A stretch of 64,000 nucleotides of DNA from the NCBI RefSeq assembly GCF_028368995.1, contig NZ_JAQNDL010000003.1, positions 736,001-800,000 of the forward strand. Direction: 5' to 3'. This document shows positions 1-9,343 of this stretch, one piece after another. Each line of letters begins with the position of its first letter. The stretch's first letter is position 1. The notes under the pieces were generated by a model that was not told where the DNA came from, ran no database searches, and saw only the letters and a list, made by a program, of their open reading frames with translations. Origin of the DNA: Nannocystis bainbridge (GTDB taxonomy: Bacteria; Myxococcota_A; Polyangia; Nannocystales; Nannocystaceae). Position numbers and translations under genes: made by a program.

Positions 1-2
1 GC

Positions 3-143
3 GTCGGCCTCGACGGCGAGGACGAGATGACGCTCAAGGAGATCGGCGCCGGTTACTCGCTGTCGCGCGAGCGGATCCGTCAGCTCCAGGAGGGCGCGCT
101 GGCCAAGCTGCGCGCCGAGTTCTCGCGCCGACAACTGATGTGA
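3..143 (+). CDS. 3' end of sigma70-family RNA polymerase sigma factor (region 4), truncated by window start
   Basis: Frame 3 reads [37 protein letters not shown]...LM*, the TLxEIG...SRERIRQ helix-turn-helix of group 1/2 sigma70 factors. Confidence 0.9.
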   Translation, partial: VGLDGEDEMTLKEIGAGYSLSRERIRQLQEGALAKLRAEFSRRQLM

Positions 144-283
144 CAAGGGCCGTCGGCGGCGCGGCGCGGACCCCAGGTCTTCCCGCTCGCCCGCTTCGCG
201 AGGTCGATCTTCGCACCCAAACGGGCCGAGCTCCGCTGCTCGCCCGCGGAAACGATCTCCCGCTCGCGTCGCCGACCGGTCTG

Positions 284-534
284 CCCCTCTCCCCCAAACC
301 TCAGCGCGCTCCGACCCGGCCCCGCAGCCATGGCCCGGTCGGAGCGCGTCTCTCTTTCTCCCTCTTCTGAGATGAAGAGGAGCTGTCCCCCAGGACAGCT
401 CTCCCTCTCCCCCACCTCACGCGCTCCGGTCGGCCCCCACACCCACGGCCGGCCGGAGCGCGCCTCCGTTCAAGCTCTGTCCCCCGATTCGCCCCGCACC
501 CACGCCGGAGCGCGCCTCCGTTCAAAGCTCTGTC
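284..534. repeat. Cluster of hairpins and short direct repeats (REP-like)
   Basis: Stems at 305-316/337-348, 380-388/393-401 and 420-435/447-462; two copies of CCCTCTCCCCC..ACCTCA..CGCGCTCCG and two copies of CCGGAGCGCGCCTCCGTTCAA(A)GCTCTGTC. Confidence 0.6.
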
Positions 535-669
535 ATCGACCTGTCTCTCGGGACATGCCATGCTCCAGCGCGCCGCTGGAGCACGGCAGCCAGCGGCTGC
601 CGCGCACGCTCGCTTTCGCGGCTCCCGCTCCGGAATCACCTGTCCCTCGAGACATCCGGTGATTCCCGC

Positions 670-700
670 GTGGCGAATCGCCACAGTCGCGATTCGCCAC
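670..700. promoter_or_regulatory. 12-bp perfect inverted repeat upstream of esterase gene
   Basis: GTGGCGAATCGC-N7-GCGATTCGCCAC about 80 bp before ATG 778; function inferred only. Confidence 0.4.
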
Positions 701-777
701 ACATTCATACCTCCCCGGAATTCGCGCTGGGAGCTCCACGCAGGCGCCCCGCGGCCGCTTCGGCTACTTTCCGCCGC

Positions 778-1959
778 ATGTCCCTCCCTCGTGCATCGCT
801 CGCGTCGCTCGCCATCCTGCTCGTCCTCGTCTCACCCGCGTGCGGCGGCGACGGCGGCGACGCCACCGACAGCACCACCGACGACACCACCGCGGGCACC
901 GACGACACCACCGCGAGCACCGACGACACCACCGCGGGAACCGGGCAGCCGACCACCGGCGAAGGCGACCCGAGCGGCGCGGCGATCGACGCCCCGGCCG
1001 AGACCTGGACGTGGGTCCCGTTCCCCGACGCCTATTGTGCCAATGGTGAAACCACCGGCATCGCCGTCAACCTCACCGGCCGCAGCGACCGCGTCGTCCT
1101 CTACCTCGAGGGCGGCGGCGCCTGCTGGGACGAGGCCACCTGCTACACCATGAACGCCAGCGCCCACGTCGCCGACGGCTACGGCGAGGCCGAGTTCGCC
1201 GCCGAGTTCGACCCGCAGCTGCCCAAGGTCGCCACCGCGCAGATCTTCGACCGCGACGACCCGATGAACCCGTTCCGCGACATGAGCTACGTCTACGTCC
1301 CGTACTGCACCGGTGACATGCACGGCGGCGACAACGTCGTCACCTACGGCGAGCGCACCACCATGCACGTCGGCGGCGCCAACCTGCGCGCCTACCTCGA
1401 GCGGATCGTCCCGACCTTCGCCGACGCCGGGCGGGCCTACCTCGTCGGCGCCAGCGCCGGCGGCTACGGCTCGACCTTCCACTGGTGGCGCGTGCAGGCG
1501 GCCTTCGGCGACGTGCGCGTCGACCTCGTCGACGACTCCGGCCCCCCGCTCGACCCGCCCTACCTGGCCAAGGAGCTGTCCGACACCTGGCGCACCCAGT
1601 GGAACCTCGCCGCCTCGATGCCGCCCGACTGCCCCGAATGCCGCGAGACCTTCGGCGCGCTCTACGATTATTACGGGGCCCATCACACCACCCAGCGCTG
1701 GGCCTTGCTCTCGTACACCCGCGACTGGATCGTGCCGATCTACTTCGGCTTCGATCTCGACGAGTTCCCGCAAGCGATCGCCGAGATCGTGCAATCCCGC
1801 GTCGCCCCCCACGAGCACGCCCGCTATTTCCTGGTCGACGCCGTCGGCCACGTCCTGCTCACGGCCCCGTTCCCGCTGCTCAGCGCCGGCGTCGACCTCC
1901 AGGCCTGGCTCGGCCAGATGGTCGCCGACGACCCCGCCTGGGCCAGCGTCGACCCGTGA
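778..1959 (+). CDS. Pectinacetylesterase (PAE/Notum-like) family lipoprotein
   Basis: Lipobox-like LVSPAC, Thr/Asp linker, motifs YLEGGGACW, YVPYCTGDMHGG, GASAGGYG, DDSGP. Confidence 0.85.
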   Translation: MSLPRASLASLAILLVLVSPACGGDGGDATDSTTDDTTAGTDDTTASTDDTTAGTGQPTTGEGDPSGAAIDAPAETWTWVPFPDAYCANGETTGIAVNLTGRSDRVVLYLEGGGACWDEATCYTMNASAHVADGYGEAEFAAEFDPQLPKVATAQIFDRDDPMNPFRDMSYVYVPYCTGDMHGGDNVVTYGERTTMHVGGANLRAYLERIVPTFADAGRAYLVGASAGGYGSTFHWWRVQAAFGDVRVDLVDDSGPPLDPPYLAKELSDTWRTQWNLAASMPPDCPECRETFGALYDYYGAHHTTQRWALLSYTRDWIVPIYFGFDLDEFPQAIAEIVQSRVAPHEHARYFLVDAVGHVLLTAPFPLLSAGVDLQAWLGQMVADDPAWASVDP

Positions 1960-2151
1960 CCGGCGGAGGATCCGGGCCCCCCAATCATGGCACTCGGATC
2001 CGCGCCGACGATTCTCGGCGAGTGCGCGACGGCTCGATCCGCCGCGCCTCGATCGAGGTCATCCTTCGCCTCGCCCCGCCGGCGAAGCGGAAGTCACGCC
2101 AGGGCGAGTCGCGCCTCCAGGACCACGAATCACCGCAGCTCGCTCCTCTCG

Positions 2152-2838
2152 TCATTCCTCGCGCGGCGTCGTCGTCCAGCGTGAGCGCATCTCCGAGCGG
2201 GTCGCCGGCCCGAGCTTGCCTGGTGCGATCGACCACATCAGCCGCGGCTCGCCGAACGGCAATGGGTCGACCGCCGTGTTCCACGTGCGCCAGCCCTTCC
2301 CGTACGTCTCGCGCAGCTCGCCCATCAGCTCTGCGTGGGCCGCCCCCGTCAGCCCTGGCGCCACCAGCACCCCGCTGTCGACCTCCCCCGCGTGCGCGTG
2401 CCAGTACTGGCGCTCGATCGCCGGCAGCGTCGCGTACAGCCGCGGCGAGATCACGTACTCCACCCCCGTCAGGTGCGCCCCCGCGTCGGTCCCGTCGAAC
2501 AGCACGCACTGGCTGAATTCCGCGTTGTGCTGGCCGCAGAAGAACAGCGCCCGGTCCGGCAGGCCCTCCTCGGTCGTCTCGCGCTTGGCCCGCGTGTAGC
2601 CGTCGAGGACCAGCAGCTGCTGCTCGATCGCCGTCCGATCTTGCGGCCCCAGCGTCCCGCCCTCGAGCGCGCGGATCGTCGCCGAGCGGGCGGCCTCGTC
2701 GCGGCGCGCCGGCCCGTCCCCGGCCGCGCCGCCGCCCTTCACGGCCGACCCGGCCGGCCCGCCGCGGCCGTGGCAGCCCGCCAGCCCGAGCAGCGCGCAC
2801 AGCGGCAGCCGGGCGCGGGCCGGGAGCGCCCCTCGCAT
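2152..2838 (-). CDS. OBAP/DUF1264 family lipoprotein
   Basis: QCVLFDG...LTGVEYVIS...ERQYWHAHAGEVDSGVL...TYGKGWRTW...LPFGEPRLM; lipobox LLGLAGC after ATG 2838. Confidence 0.8.
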   Translation of the reverse strand: MRGALPARARLPLCALLGLAGCHGRGGPAGSAVKGGGAAGDGPARRDEAARSATIRALEGGTLGPQDRTAIEQQLLVLDGYTRAKRETTEEGLPDRALFFCGQHNAEFSQCVLFDGTDAGAHLTGVEYVISPRLYATLPAIERQYWHAHAGEVDSGVLVAPGLTGAAHAELMGELRETYGKGWRTWNTAVDPLPFGEPRLMWSIAPGKLGPATRSEMRSRWTTTPREE

Positions 2839-3031
2839 GTCGTGGCCATGGCCCCGGCTGCGCTTGCGCGCCAGCGGCCGGGCCGTCGCCGGCCGCTCGC
2901 CGGCACCTCGGGACATGTCCTTCAGGACATCTTGCTGCGATTGCGGTCATCGCCGCGCCCGCCCCGGCCCCGGGCGCGCTGGCACGGGCGCGAACGGGCC
3001 GGTCCGGCGCGCTTCGGCTATCCTGCCGGCC

Positions 3032-5377
3032 ATGCCCGACCCTGGCGACGCCCCGGACGACGCCTCGCGCGCGGCCCAGAGCATCGCCGCGCGCGAGGTC
3101 CGGCGGATCAAGGCCGCGGCGCACGCCAAGCTGTTCGGGCGCGACGCCGCCGCCCCGCCGGCCCAGCCGCACCGGATCGCCCGCTACGCGGTCCTGCAGT
3201 CGCTCGGCGTCGGCGGCATGGGCGAGGTCTACCTCGCCTACGACGACAAGCTCGCGCGCGACGTCGCCATCAAGCTGGTCCGGCTCGACCGCGGCGGCGG
3301 GCTCGAGCGGGCCTCCTCGCGGCTCCTCCGCGAGGCCCAGGCCCTGGCCCAGCTGTCGCACCCCAACGTCGTCCAAGTCTACGAGACCGGCAACTTCGAG
3401 GGTCGGGTCTTCATCGCCATGGAGTTCGTCCGCGGCGTGCACATGCGGCGATGGCTCGAGACCGCCCCGCGGACCTGGCGGCAGGTGCTCGACGCCTATC
3501 TCCAGGCCGGCGAGGGCCTCGCCGCCGCCCACCGCCGCGCCATGGTCCACCGCGACTTCAAGCCCGAGAACGTGCTCGTCGGCGACGACGGCCGGGTCCG
3601 CGTCGTCGATTTCGGCCTCGTCCGCAGCGCCCCCGACCCTGACGCCCCCGCCGACGTCCCCGACAACGTCAGCGCCGACGACCTCGAGCGCAGCTCGCGG
3701 TTGACCCAGAGCGGCGCGCTCATGGGCACCCCCTCGTACATGTCCCCGGAGCAGTTCCAGGGCCTCAAGGCGACCGAAAAGAGCGACCAGTTCGCCTTCT
3801 GCGTCGCCCTCTACCGCGGCCTCTACGGCTGGCACCCGTTCGCCTCCGAGACCCGCGCCGAGCTCAAGCGGCGCGTCATGACCGGCCAGATCGCCGCCCC
3901 CCCGCGCGACGCCAAGGTCCCGCCGGGCATCTACACCGTGCTCGTGCGCGGCCTGCACGCCGACCCCGCCCAGCGCTACCCCTCGATGGAGGCGCTGCTG
4001 GCGGCCCTGGTCGCCCCGCCGCGGCGGCGCCGGGTCGGCCTGATCCTCGCCGCCGGCCTCGCCGGCCTGTGCGCCGTCATCGTCGCCGCCGCCAGTCCGC
4101 GCGTCGACCACGCCTGCGAGTGGGCCGCCGCCGCCGAGCTGCCCGCGCCGGGCACCAGCCTCGCCGGCGCCTTCGACGGCATCGACCTGCCGTTCGCCGC
4201 CGCCACCGCCGCGCGCGCCGGCGCCCAGCTCGACCGCTACGCCGCCGACCTCGGGCGGGCCCGCGCCGCCGCCTGCTCGGGCCCGCTCGCCGCCGAGCCG
4301 CTGCGCGAGCGCCACCGCGCCTGCCTCGACCGCCGCACCCGCGACCTCGCGGTCGTCACCGGCGCCCTCGCGCGCCTGCGCCCCAGCCAGCTCGGCGACG
4401 CCGAGCGCTTGGCCGAGTCGCTGCCCGCCATCGCCCCCTGCTTCGACCCCGGCAACCTCGTCGGCCCCGGCCCCCCCGCCCCCGACCTCGCCGCCGCCCT
4501 CGACGAGGCCCGCGTCTCGGCCCTCGCCGGCCGCCCCAGCGACGCCGCCCGCCAGGTCGAGCGCGTCCTCAAGGAGGTCGGCGGCGACCCGCTGCGCGCC
4601 GAGGCGGCCGCCCTGCTCGGCCACGTCTCGTGCGCCCGCGGCCTCGCCCAGCAGGGCCGCGACCAGCTCGGGTCCGCGCTCCAGCTCGCCATCACCCACC
4701 GCGACGACGACCTCGTCGCCGACGTCCAGCGCTACCTCGCCGAATGCACCGGCGACGAGGTCGTGGCCCGCCTCGCCGGCGCCACCGCCGAGCGCCTGCG
4801 CGACCCCAGGCGCCTCACCGAGGTCGCCCTGCTGCGCGCCGAGCTGCTGGCCGCCCAGGGCGACCCGACCAGCGCCCAGATGCTCCTGCGCGACACCCTC
4901 GGCCGCGCCGACGACCGCCCCGCCACCGCCGCCCGCGTCGAGATGCTGCGCGGCCGCATGCTCGCGCTCCAGGGCGGCAACCACGAGGCCCGCGCCCACC
5001 TCGACCAGGCCCTCGCCCTGCTCGCCGGCCTCCCGCGCCACCCCGCCGTCGCCGACGTGCTCGAGGAGCGCGCCCGCCTCCACCTCCGCCTCGGCGAAAA
5101 AGCCGACGCCCGCCTCCGCTTCGGCGAAGCCCTGGCGATCCGCGCCGCCCTGCCCGGCCAGGACGCCGCCCTCGCCCGCCTCCACCTCGCCCTCGCCGAC
5201 CTCGCCGCCGCCGCCGCCGAGCGCAGCCGGGCCCACCGCCACTACGCCGACGCCGTCACCCACGCCAACCGCCTGCCCGACCTGCTGCCCGGCCAGGAGT
5301 TCACCCGCGCCAAGCTGGCGCGCGATACGGCCACCGGCAAGCCCCAGCCGGGTGAATGGCCGCCGCGCCTGCCGTGA
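3032..5377 (+). CDS. Ser/Thr protein kinase with transmembrane segment and TPR-like C-terminus
   Basis: LGVGGMGEVY, VAIK, HRDFKPEN, DFG, GTPSYMSPEQ; hydrophobic segment followed by helical Ala/Leu/Arg repeats. Confidence 0.92.
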   Translation: MPDPGDAPDDASRAAQSIAAREVRRIKAAAHAKLFGRDAAAPPAQPHRIARYAVLQSLGVGGMGEVYLAYDDKLARDVAIKLVRLDRGGGLERASSRLLREAQALAQLSHPNVVQVYETGNFEGRVFIAMEFVRGVHMRRWLETAPRTWRQVLDAYLQAGEGLAAAHRRAMVHRDFKPENVLVGDDGRVRVVDFGLVRSAPDPDAPADVPDNVSADDLERSSRLTQSGALMGTPSYMSPEQFQGLKATEKSDQFAFCVALYRGLYGWHPFASETRAELKRRVMTGQIAAPPRDAKVPPGIYTVLVRGLHADPAQRYPSMEALLAALVAPPRRRRVGLILAAGLAGLCAVIVAAASPRVDHACEWAAAAELPAPGTSLAGAFDGIDLPFAAATAARAGAQLDRYAADLGRARAAACSGPLAAEPLRERHRACLDRRTRDLAVVTGALARLRPSQLGDAERLAESLPAIAPCFDPGNLVGPGPPAPDLAAALDEARVSALAGRPSDAARQVERVLKEVGGDPLRAEAAALLGHVSCARGLAQQGRDQLGSALQLAITHRDDDLVADVQRYLAECTGDEVVARLAGATAERLRDPRRLTEVALLRAELLAAQGDPTSAQMLLRDTLGRADDRPATAARVEMLRGRMLALQGGNHEARAHLDQALALLAGLPRHPAVADVLEERARLHLRLGEKADARLRFGEALAIRAALPGQDAALARLHLALADLAAAAAERSRAHRHYADAVTHANRLPDLLPGQEFTRAKLARDTATGKPQPGEWPPRLP

Positions 5378-5496
5378 GCGCGCGATACGGCCACCGGCAA
5401 GCCCCTGCCGGGCGCCTGGCCGCCGCGCCTGCCGTGAGCGCGCGATACGGCCACCGGCAAGCCCCTGCCGGTGAATGGCCGCCGCGCCTGCCGTGA
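5318..5496 (+). repeat. Three tandem copies of a 60-bp unit (third is 59 bp) containing the kinase stop codon
   Basis: GCGCGCGATACGGCCACCGGCAAGCCCC(A/T)GCCG...TGGCCGCCGCGCCTGCCGTGA at 5318-5377, 5378-5437, 5438-5496. Confidence 0.95.
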
Positions 5497-5719
5497 ACCT
5501 TCGACATGTCCGAACGGACATGTCCGAAGATTCCGCCCCGCCACGCCGCGCGAATGCCGTCCGCGCCCGCCCACAGCGCCTCAGGCCGCCGCCGCAGCAG
5601 CCGTCCTCCGCCTGATTCACGCAGCGTGCGCGCGAGGCCACGCGTCCTCGGTCGACCCCCGATGCGTCTCACCGCAATGCGTGTTCGTCGCCGCCGATCT
5701 TCCGCGGTATGGTCCGCCG

Positions 5720-6421
5720 ATGCATCGCGGAATCATTACCCTTGCCATCGTGCTCACGGCCGCCTGCGGCCCCGGAAAATCCGACGACACCGAGACGGGC
5801 GAGCCCACCACCGCCGCCACCACCGAGACGGACCCGCCGACCACCGGCACCACCACGAGCACGGGCGATCCGCCCACCGGCACCACCGATACGACCACCA
5901 CCGGCACCGCCGGCTCGAGCACGACCTCGGAGCCGGGCACCAGCATCGGGACCACCGGCGACTCCGAAGATTTCGACCAACTCGGCGCCTGCGCCGTGCC
6001 CATGGTGTGCGAGGAGTTCTTCCACGGCGACGGCGAGGCTCAGGGCCACTGGGACGGGCCCGAGGGCTTCCTCGACATCGAGCGCTGCATCCTCACCGGC
6101 CTGCGCGACGCCACCCCGGGCCGCTACGTCTACGGCATCAACACCCAGGTCGCCAACGGCGGCTCGCTGGACAAGGCCAACATCATCGTCCACGCCGATC
6201 GCACCGTCACCTTCGCCGAGCACTTCTCGGGCAGCTTCTTCGACAGCGACACCGACAGCAGCACCGAGGTGTTCACCCCGGCCCAGACCTGTACGATCGT
6301 CGACGCCGCGTTCTTCGACAATTGCTTCGAGAACCACGACGATTGGTCGCACTACGCCGAATGCATGAAGATCGAGAAGTGGTGGACCGACTGCGTCGCC
6401 ATGGGCCCCCGCTGCGAATAA
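5720..6421 (+). CDS. Hypothetical lipoprotein with Thr-rich linker and Cys-containing C-terminal domain
   Basis: MHRGIITLAIVLTAAC lipobox; strong GC3 codon bias. Confidence 0.85.
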   Translation: MHRGIITLAIVLTAACGPGKSDDTETGEPTTAATTETDPPTTGTTTSTGDPPTGTTDTTTTGTAGSSTTSEPGTSIGTTGDSEDFDQLGACAVPMVCEEFFHGDGEAQGHWDGPEGFLDIERCILTGLRDATPGRYVYGINTQVANGGSLDKANIIVHADRTVTFAEHFSGSFFDSDTDSSTEVFTPAQTCTIVDAAFFDNCFENHDDWSHYAECMKIEKWWTDCVAMGPRCE

Positions 6422-6811
6422 CCGCGCCGCCGCCTCGAGTCCTCGTCGATGCCTCGCGCCTGAACGCGAGGACATGTCCATTCAAACATACGCACAGGCG
6501 CCGGTGTCGTGCCCGCGAACGCGAGCCCATGGGCCGGCTTCGGCCGACCGAATCATGAGACTCGCTTCCTGCCCGTTCGAGCGACGCATTCCAGCCGTCC
6601 GCGCCGGCGATCGGATGCGGGTGCTCGTGGATCGCCCCACCCGGTGATCCGCGAGCCCTGCGCGACCCAGTCCTCAAAGGCAGACAGACCCCGCCGAATC
6701 CCCCGAACACGCCCGAATGGCGCCTCCCCGCGGCCCCGGCCCCGCCGCAACCAGCCCCTCGCCACCGCAGCCTCCACACCTCATCTCGCCGTTGCGATCG
6801 CCCCCCGGGGG

Positions 6812-7705
6812 ATGGTGTATCGTGCGCCCGAGGTGCCCTTCCTCGAAGCAAGACCGCGCGGCCGCCCGGACCCTTTGTGGCGCGCCGCGCTGGCTGGCCT
6901 GCTCGCGGCCCTGCTCGCCCTCCCGACCGCCTCCGCCGCCCCTGCCGCCGCCCCGGACCCTGCCGCTGTCGACGCCGGCTTTCGCAGCGGCCAGGACGCC
7001 TTTGATCGCCGCGACTACCCGGCGGCCGCGCGCACCTGGACCCGCACCGCCGACCTGTTGCCCGAGACCGCCGAGCACCGGGACAACCGCGCCGGCATCT
7101 ACGAGTACATCGTCGACGCTTACCAGCGAGCCCTGGCCCAGGACCCCTCGCCGCCGCTGCTCGAGGAGGCGCTCGCCGTCCTCGACGCCTACGCTGACGC
7201 CCACGCGGCCGCCCATCCCGGCCTCGAGCTGCCCGCCCCGGTCGCCGAGGCCCGGCGATCGCTGCGGGCCCGGCTCGCCGAGCTCCAGCCCGCCCCCGCC
7301 CCGGTCGAGCCCGAACGCCCCGCCCCCGCACCCCCCGTCCGACCCGACCCGCCGAAGCCCTGGAAGGGCCTCGTGATCGGCGGTGGCGTGGCTCTCGGCG
7401 CCGGCGTGGCGATGCTGGCGATGTTCGGGGCCGGCCTCACGCGGCTGCGCGCCCACGAGGACGATTTCGAGTCGCCCTCGCGGACTTGTGACACCGGAGC
7501 GCTCGTCGGCGAGTGCGCGGAGATCCACGCCCGTGGCAAGTCCGCCGACGCCCTCGCCACCGCCGGCCTCTACGCCGCCCCCGTGCTGCTCGGTGCCGGC
7601 GTCGCGCTGCTCGTCGTCGGCTTGCGGCGCCGGTCCGCCGCCCAGCGCTTCGCGCCGACCCTCGGCCGGTCGTCGATCGGGGCGACCTGGACGCTCCAAT
7701 TCTGA
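6812..7705 (+). CDS. Secreted TPR-like protein with Pro linker, hydrophobic segments and C-terminal Phe
   Basis: Signal-like LAGLLAALLAL, TPR-like FRSGQDAFDRRDYPAAARTW, PEP linker, GLVIGGGVALGAG, ends ATWTLQF; start uncertain. Confidence 0.75.
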   Translation: MVYRAPEVPFLEARPRGRPDPLWRAALAGLLAALLALPTASAAPAAAPDPAAVDAGFRSGQDAFDRRDYPAAARTWTRTADLLPETAEHRDNRAGIYEYIVDAYQRALAQDPSPPLLEEALAVLDAYADAHAAAHPGLELPAPVAEARRSLRARLAELQPAPAPVEPERPAPAPPVRPDPPKPWKGLVIGGGVALGAGVAMLAMFGAGLTRLRAHEDDFESPSRTCDTGALVGECAEIHARGKSADALATAGLYAAPVLLGAGVALLVVGLRRRSAAQRFAPTLGRSSIGATWTLQF

Positions 7706-7727
7706 ATCGGACCAGGCGGGACCTTCG

Positions 7728-9110
7728 ATGCCAATTCGCGCGCGATTCACCCCTGCCCTGGCCACGCTCGCCACCTCGGCCTGTTTCTTCAATCCCGGCA
7801 GTCCGTACGCCAACGGCACCACCGGCGATATCGACACCACGAACGTCGCCACCACCGCTCCCACCTCGACCTCCGGGGTGGCCCCGAATTGCGGCGACCT
7901 CGTCCTCGATCCCGGCGAAGAGTGCGACGACGGTCAGGCCGGCAACGGCGCCTGCACCCCCGATTGCAAGGACAACGTCTGCGGTGACGGCTGGCTCGGC
8001 CCCGGTGAGCTCTGCGACGACGACACCGCGACCTGCATCGATTGCCAGCGCGTCGTCTGCTCCGACGGCGTCGTCGCCGGCGACGAGCAGTGCGACGACG
8101 GCAACGGCAGCAACAGCGACGCCTGCACCAACGCCTGCAAGAACGCCACCTGCGGCGACGGCTTCCTGCACGAGGGGACCGAGCAGTGCGACGACGGCAA
8201 CCCCAGCGACGCCGACGGCTGCATCGACTGCCATGAGGCCGTGTGCGGCGACGGCGTCGTGTGGCAGGACGTCGAGGGCTGCGACGACGGCAACCAGGTC
8301 AACGACGACGCCTGCTCCAACAATTGCGCCCTGGCCTCCTGCGGCGACGGCATCGTCGGCCCCGGCGAGGCCTGCGACGACGGCAACGACAGCGACGCCG
8401 ACGCCTGCCTCAACACCTGCAAGGACGCCTTCTGCGGCGACGGCTTCGTCCTCGTCGGCGTCGAGGCCTGCGACGACGGCAACCAGCTCGACAACGACGC
8501 CTGCCTCGCCAATTGCGTGATCGCCTCCTGCGGCGACGGCCACGTCCACGACGGCGTCGAGGCCTGCGACGACGGCAACGCCACAGACGGCGACCTCTGC
8601 TCCAACGCCTGCGCTGCCAACCCCAAGCGCGTGTTCGTCAGCAGCAAGATGTACACCGGCGCCCTCGGCGGGGTCACCGGCGCCGATACGAAGTGCAAGT
8701 CGATGGCACAGGCCGCCGGCCTCGGCGGCAACTGGAAGGCCTGGATCTCCGGTGCCGACGACAGCAGCGCCCCCGCCGCGCGCTTCACCCGGTCGATCGG
8801 CGGCTACTTCTTGCCGAACGGGACCCAAGTCGCCAACAACTGGGACGACCTCGTCGACGGCCTCCTGCAGGCGAAGATCGGCCAGCACGAGCCCGGCGCC
8901 AACGTCCAAGGAGTGGGCCACACCGTGGTCCACACCAACACCAAAGCCGACGGCACGCGGACCGGCGACGCTCATTGCGCCGGCTGGACCAGCGATTCGG
9001 CCGACCTCTCGACCGCCCGTGGTTCGATGGCCCACGCGAACGTGCGCTGGACCGAAGACGACGTCCACTACTGCAGCATCGCGGCGCGCATCTACTGTTT
9101 CGAGCAGTAG
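7728..9110 (+). CDS. Myxobacterial cysteine-rich repeat (DUF4215-like) lipoprotein with DUF1554-like C-terminal domain
   Basis: About eight CGDG...ExCDDGN...C repeats; C-terminal KRVFVSS...GGVTGADTKC...WKAWIS...IYCFEQ. Confidence 0.9.
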   Translation: MPIRARFTPALATLATSACFFNPGSPYANGTTGDIDTTNVATTAPTSTSGVAPNCGDLVLDPGEECDDGQAGNGACTPDCKDNVCGDGWLGPGELCDDDTATCIDCQRVVCSDGVVAGDEQCDDGNGSNSDACTNACKNATCGDGFLHEGTEQCDDGNPSDADGCIDCHEAVCGDGVVWQDVEGCDDGNQVNDDACSNNCALASCGDGIVGPGEACDDGNDSDADACLNTCKDAFCGDGFVLVGVEACDDGNQLDNDACLANCVIASCGDGHVHDGVEACDDGNATDGDLCSNACAANPKRVFVSSKMYTGALGGVTGADTKCKSMAQAAGLGGNWKAWISGADDSSAPAARFTRSIGGYFLPNGTQVANNWDDLVDGLLQAKIGQHEPGANVQGVGHTVVHTNTKADGTRTGDAHCAGWTSDSADLSTARGSMAHANVRWTEDDVHYCSIAARIYCFEQ

Positions 9111-9195
9111 GACACGGACTTTGCCAACCACCTGATCGCGCTCGCCTTTCGCCCCAAGTCCGCGTCCTGGCACAGAAATTCTGCTGACACTTGAG

Positions 9196-9224
9196 AGCCC
9201 GCGAGTCCCCAGGACTCGCGGGCT
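9196..9224. terminator. Perfect 13-bp hairpin between convergent genes
   Basis: AGCCCGCGAGTCC-CCA-GGACTCGCGGGCT; no long U-tract. Confidence 0.55.
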
Positions 9225-9343
9225 TCGACCTGTGTCTTGGAGAGCTGGTGGAGACGCTCCAGGTCCGCGCGACGGCGATCGCCTCGGCGCGCGTCTCGGG
9301 GTCGAGCCAGACCGGCGAGGCCGTAGCCGGCTTCCTCGGCGAA

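Noticed and set aside
5318-5496. 60-bp repeats as a mini CRISPR array
   Set aside because: Units are contiguous and near-identical with no unique spacers, and there are no cas genes in the window.
1985-5641. 1218-aa minus-strand ORF, and similar long ORFs at 20957-23701, 23882-26689, 40577-43840 and 60261-62876
   Set aside because: Antisense shadows of well-supported genes; stop codons are rare in such GC-rich DNA and the products have no motifs.
7890-8620. Regularly spaced TGCGACGACGGCAAC DNA repeats
   Set aside because: Fully explained by the CDDGN protein repeats of the Cys-rich lipoprotein.
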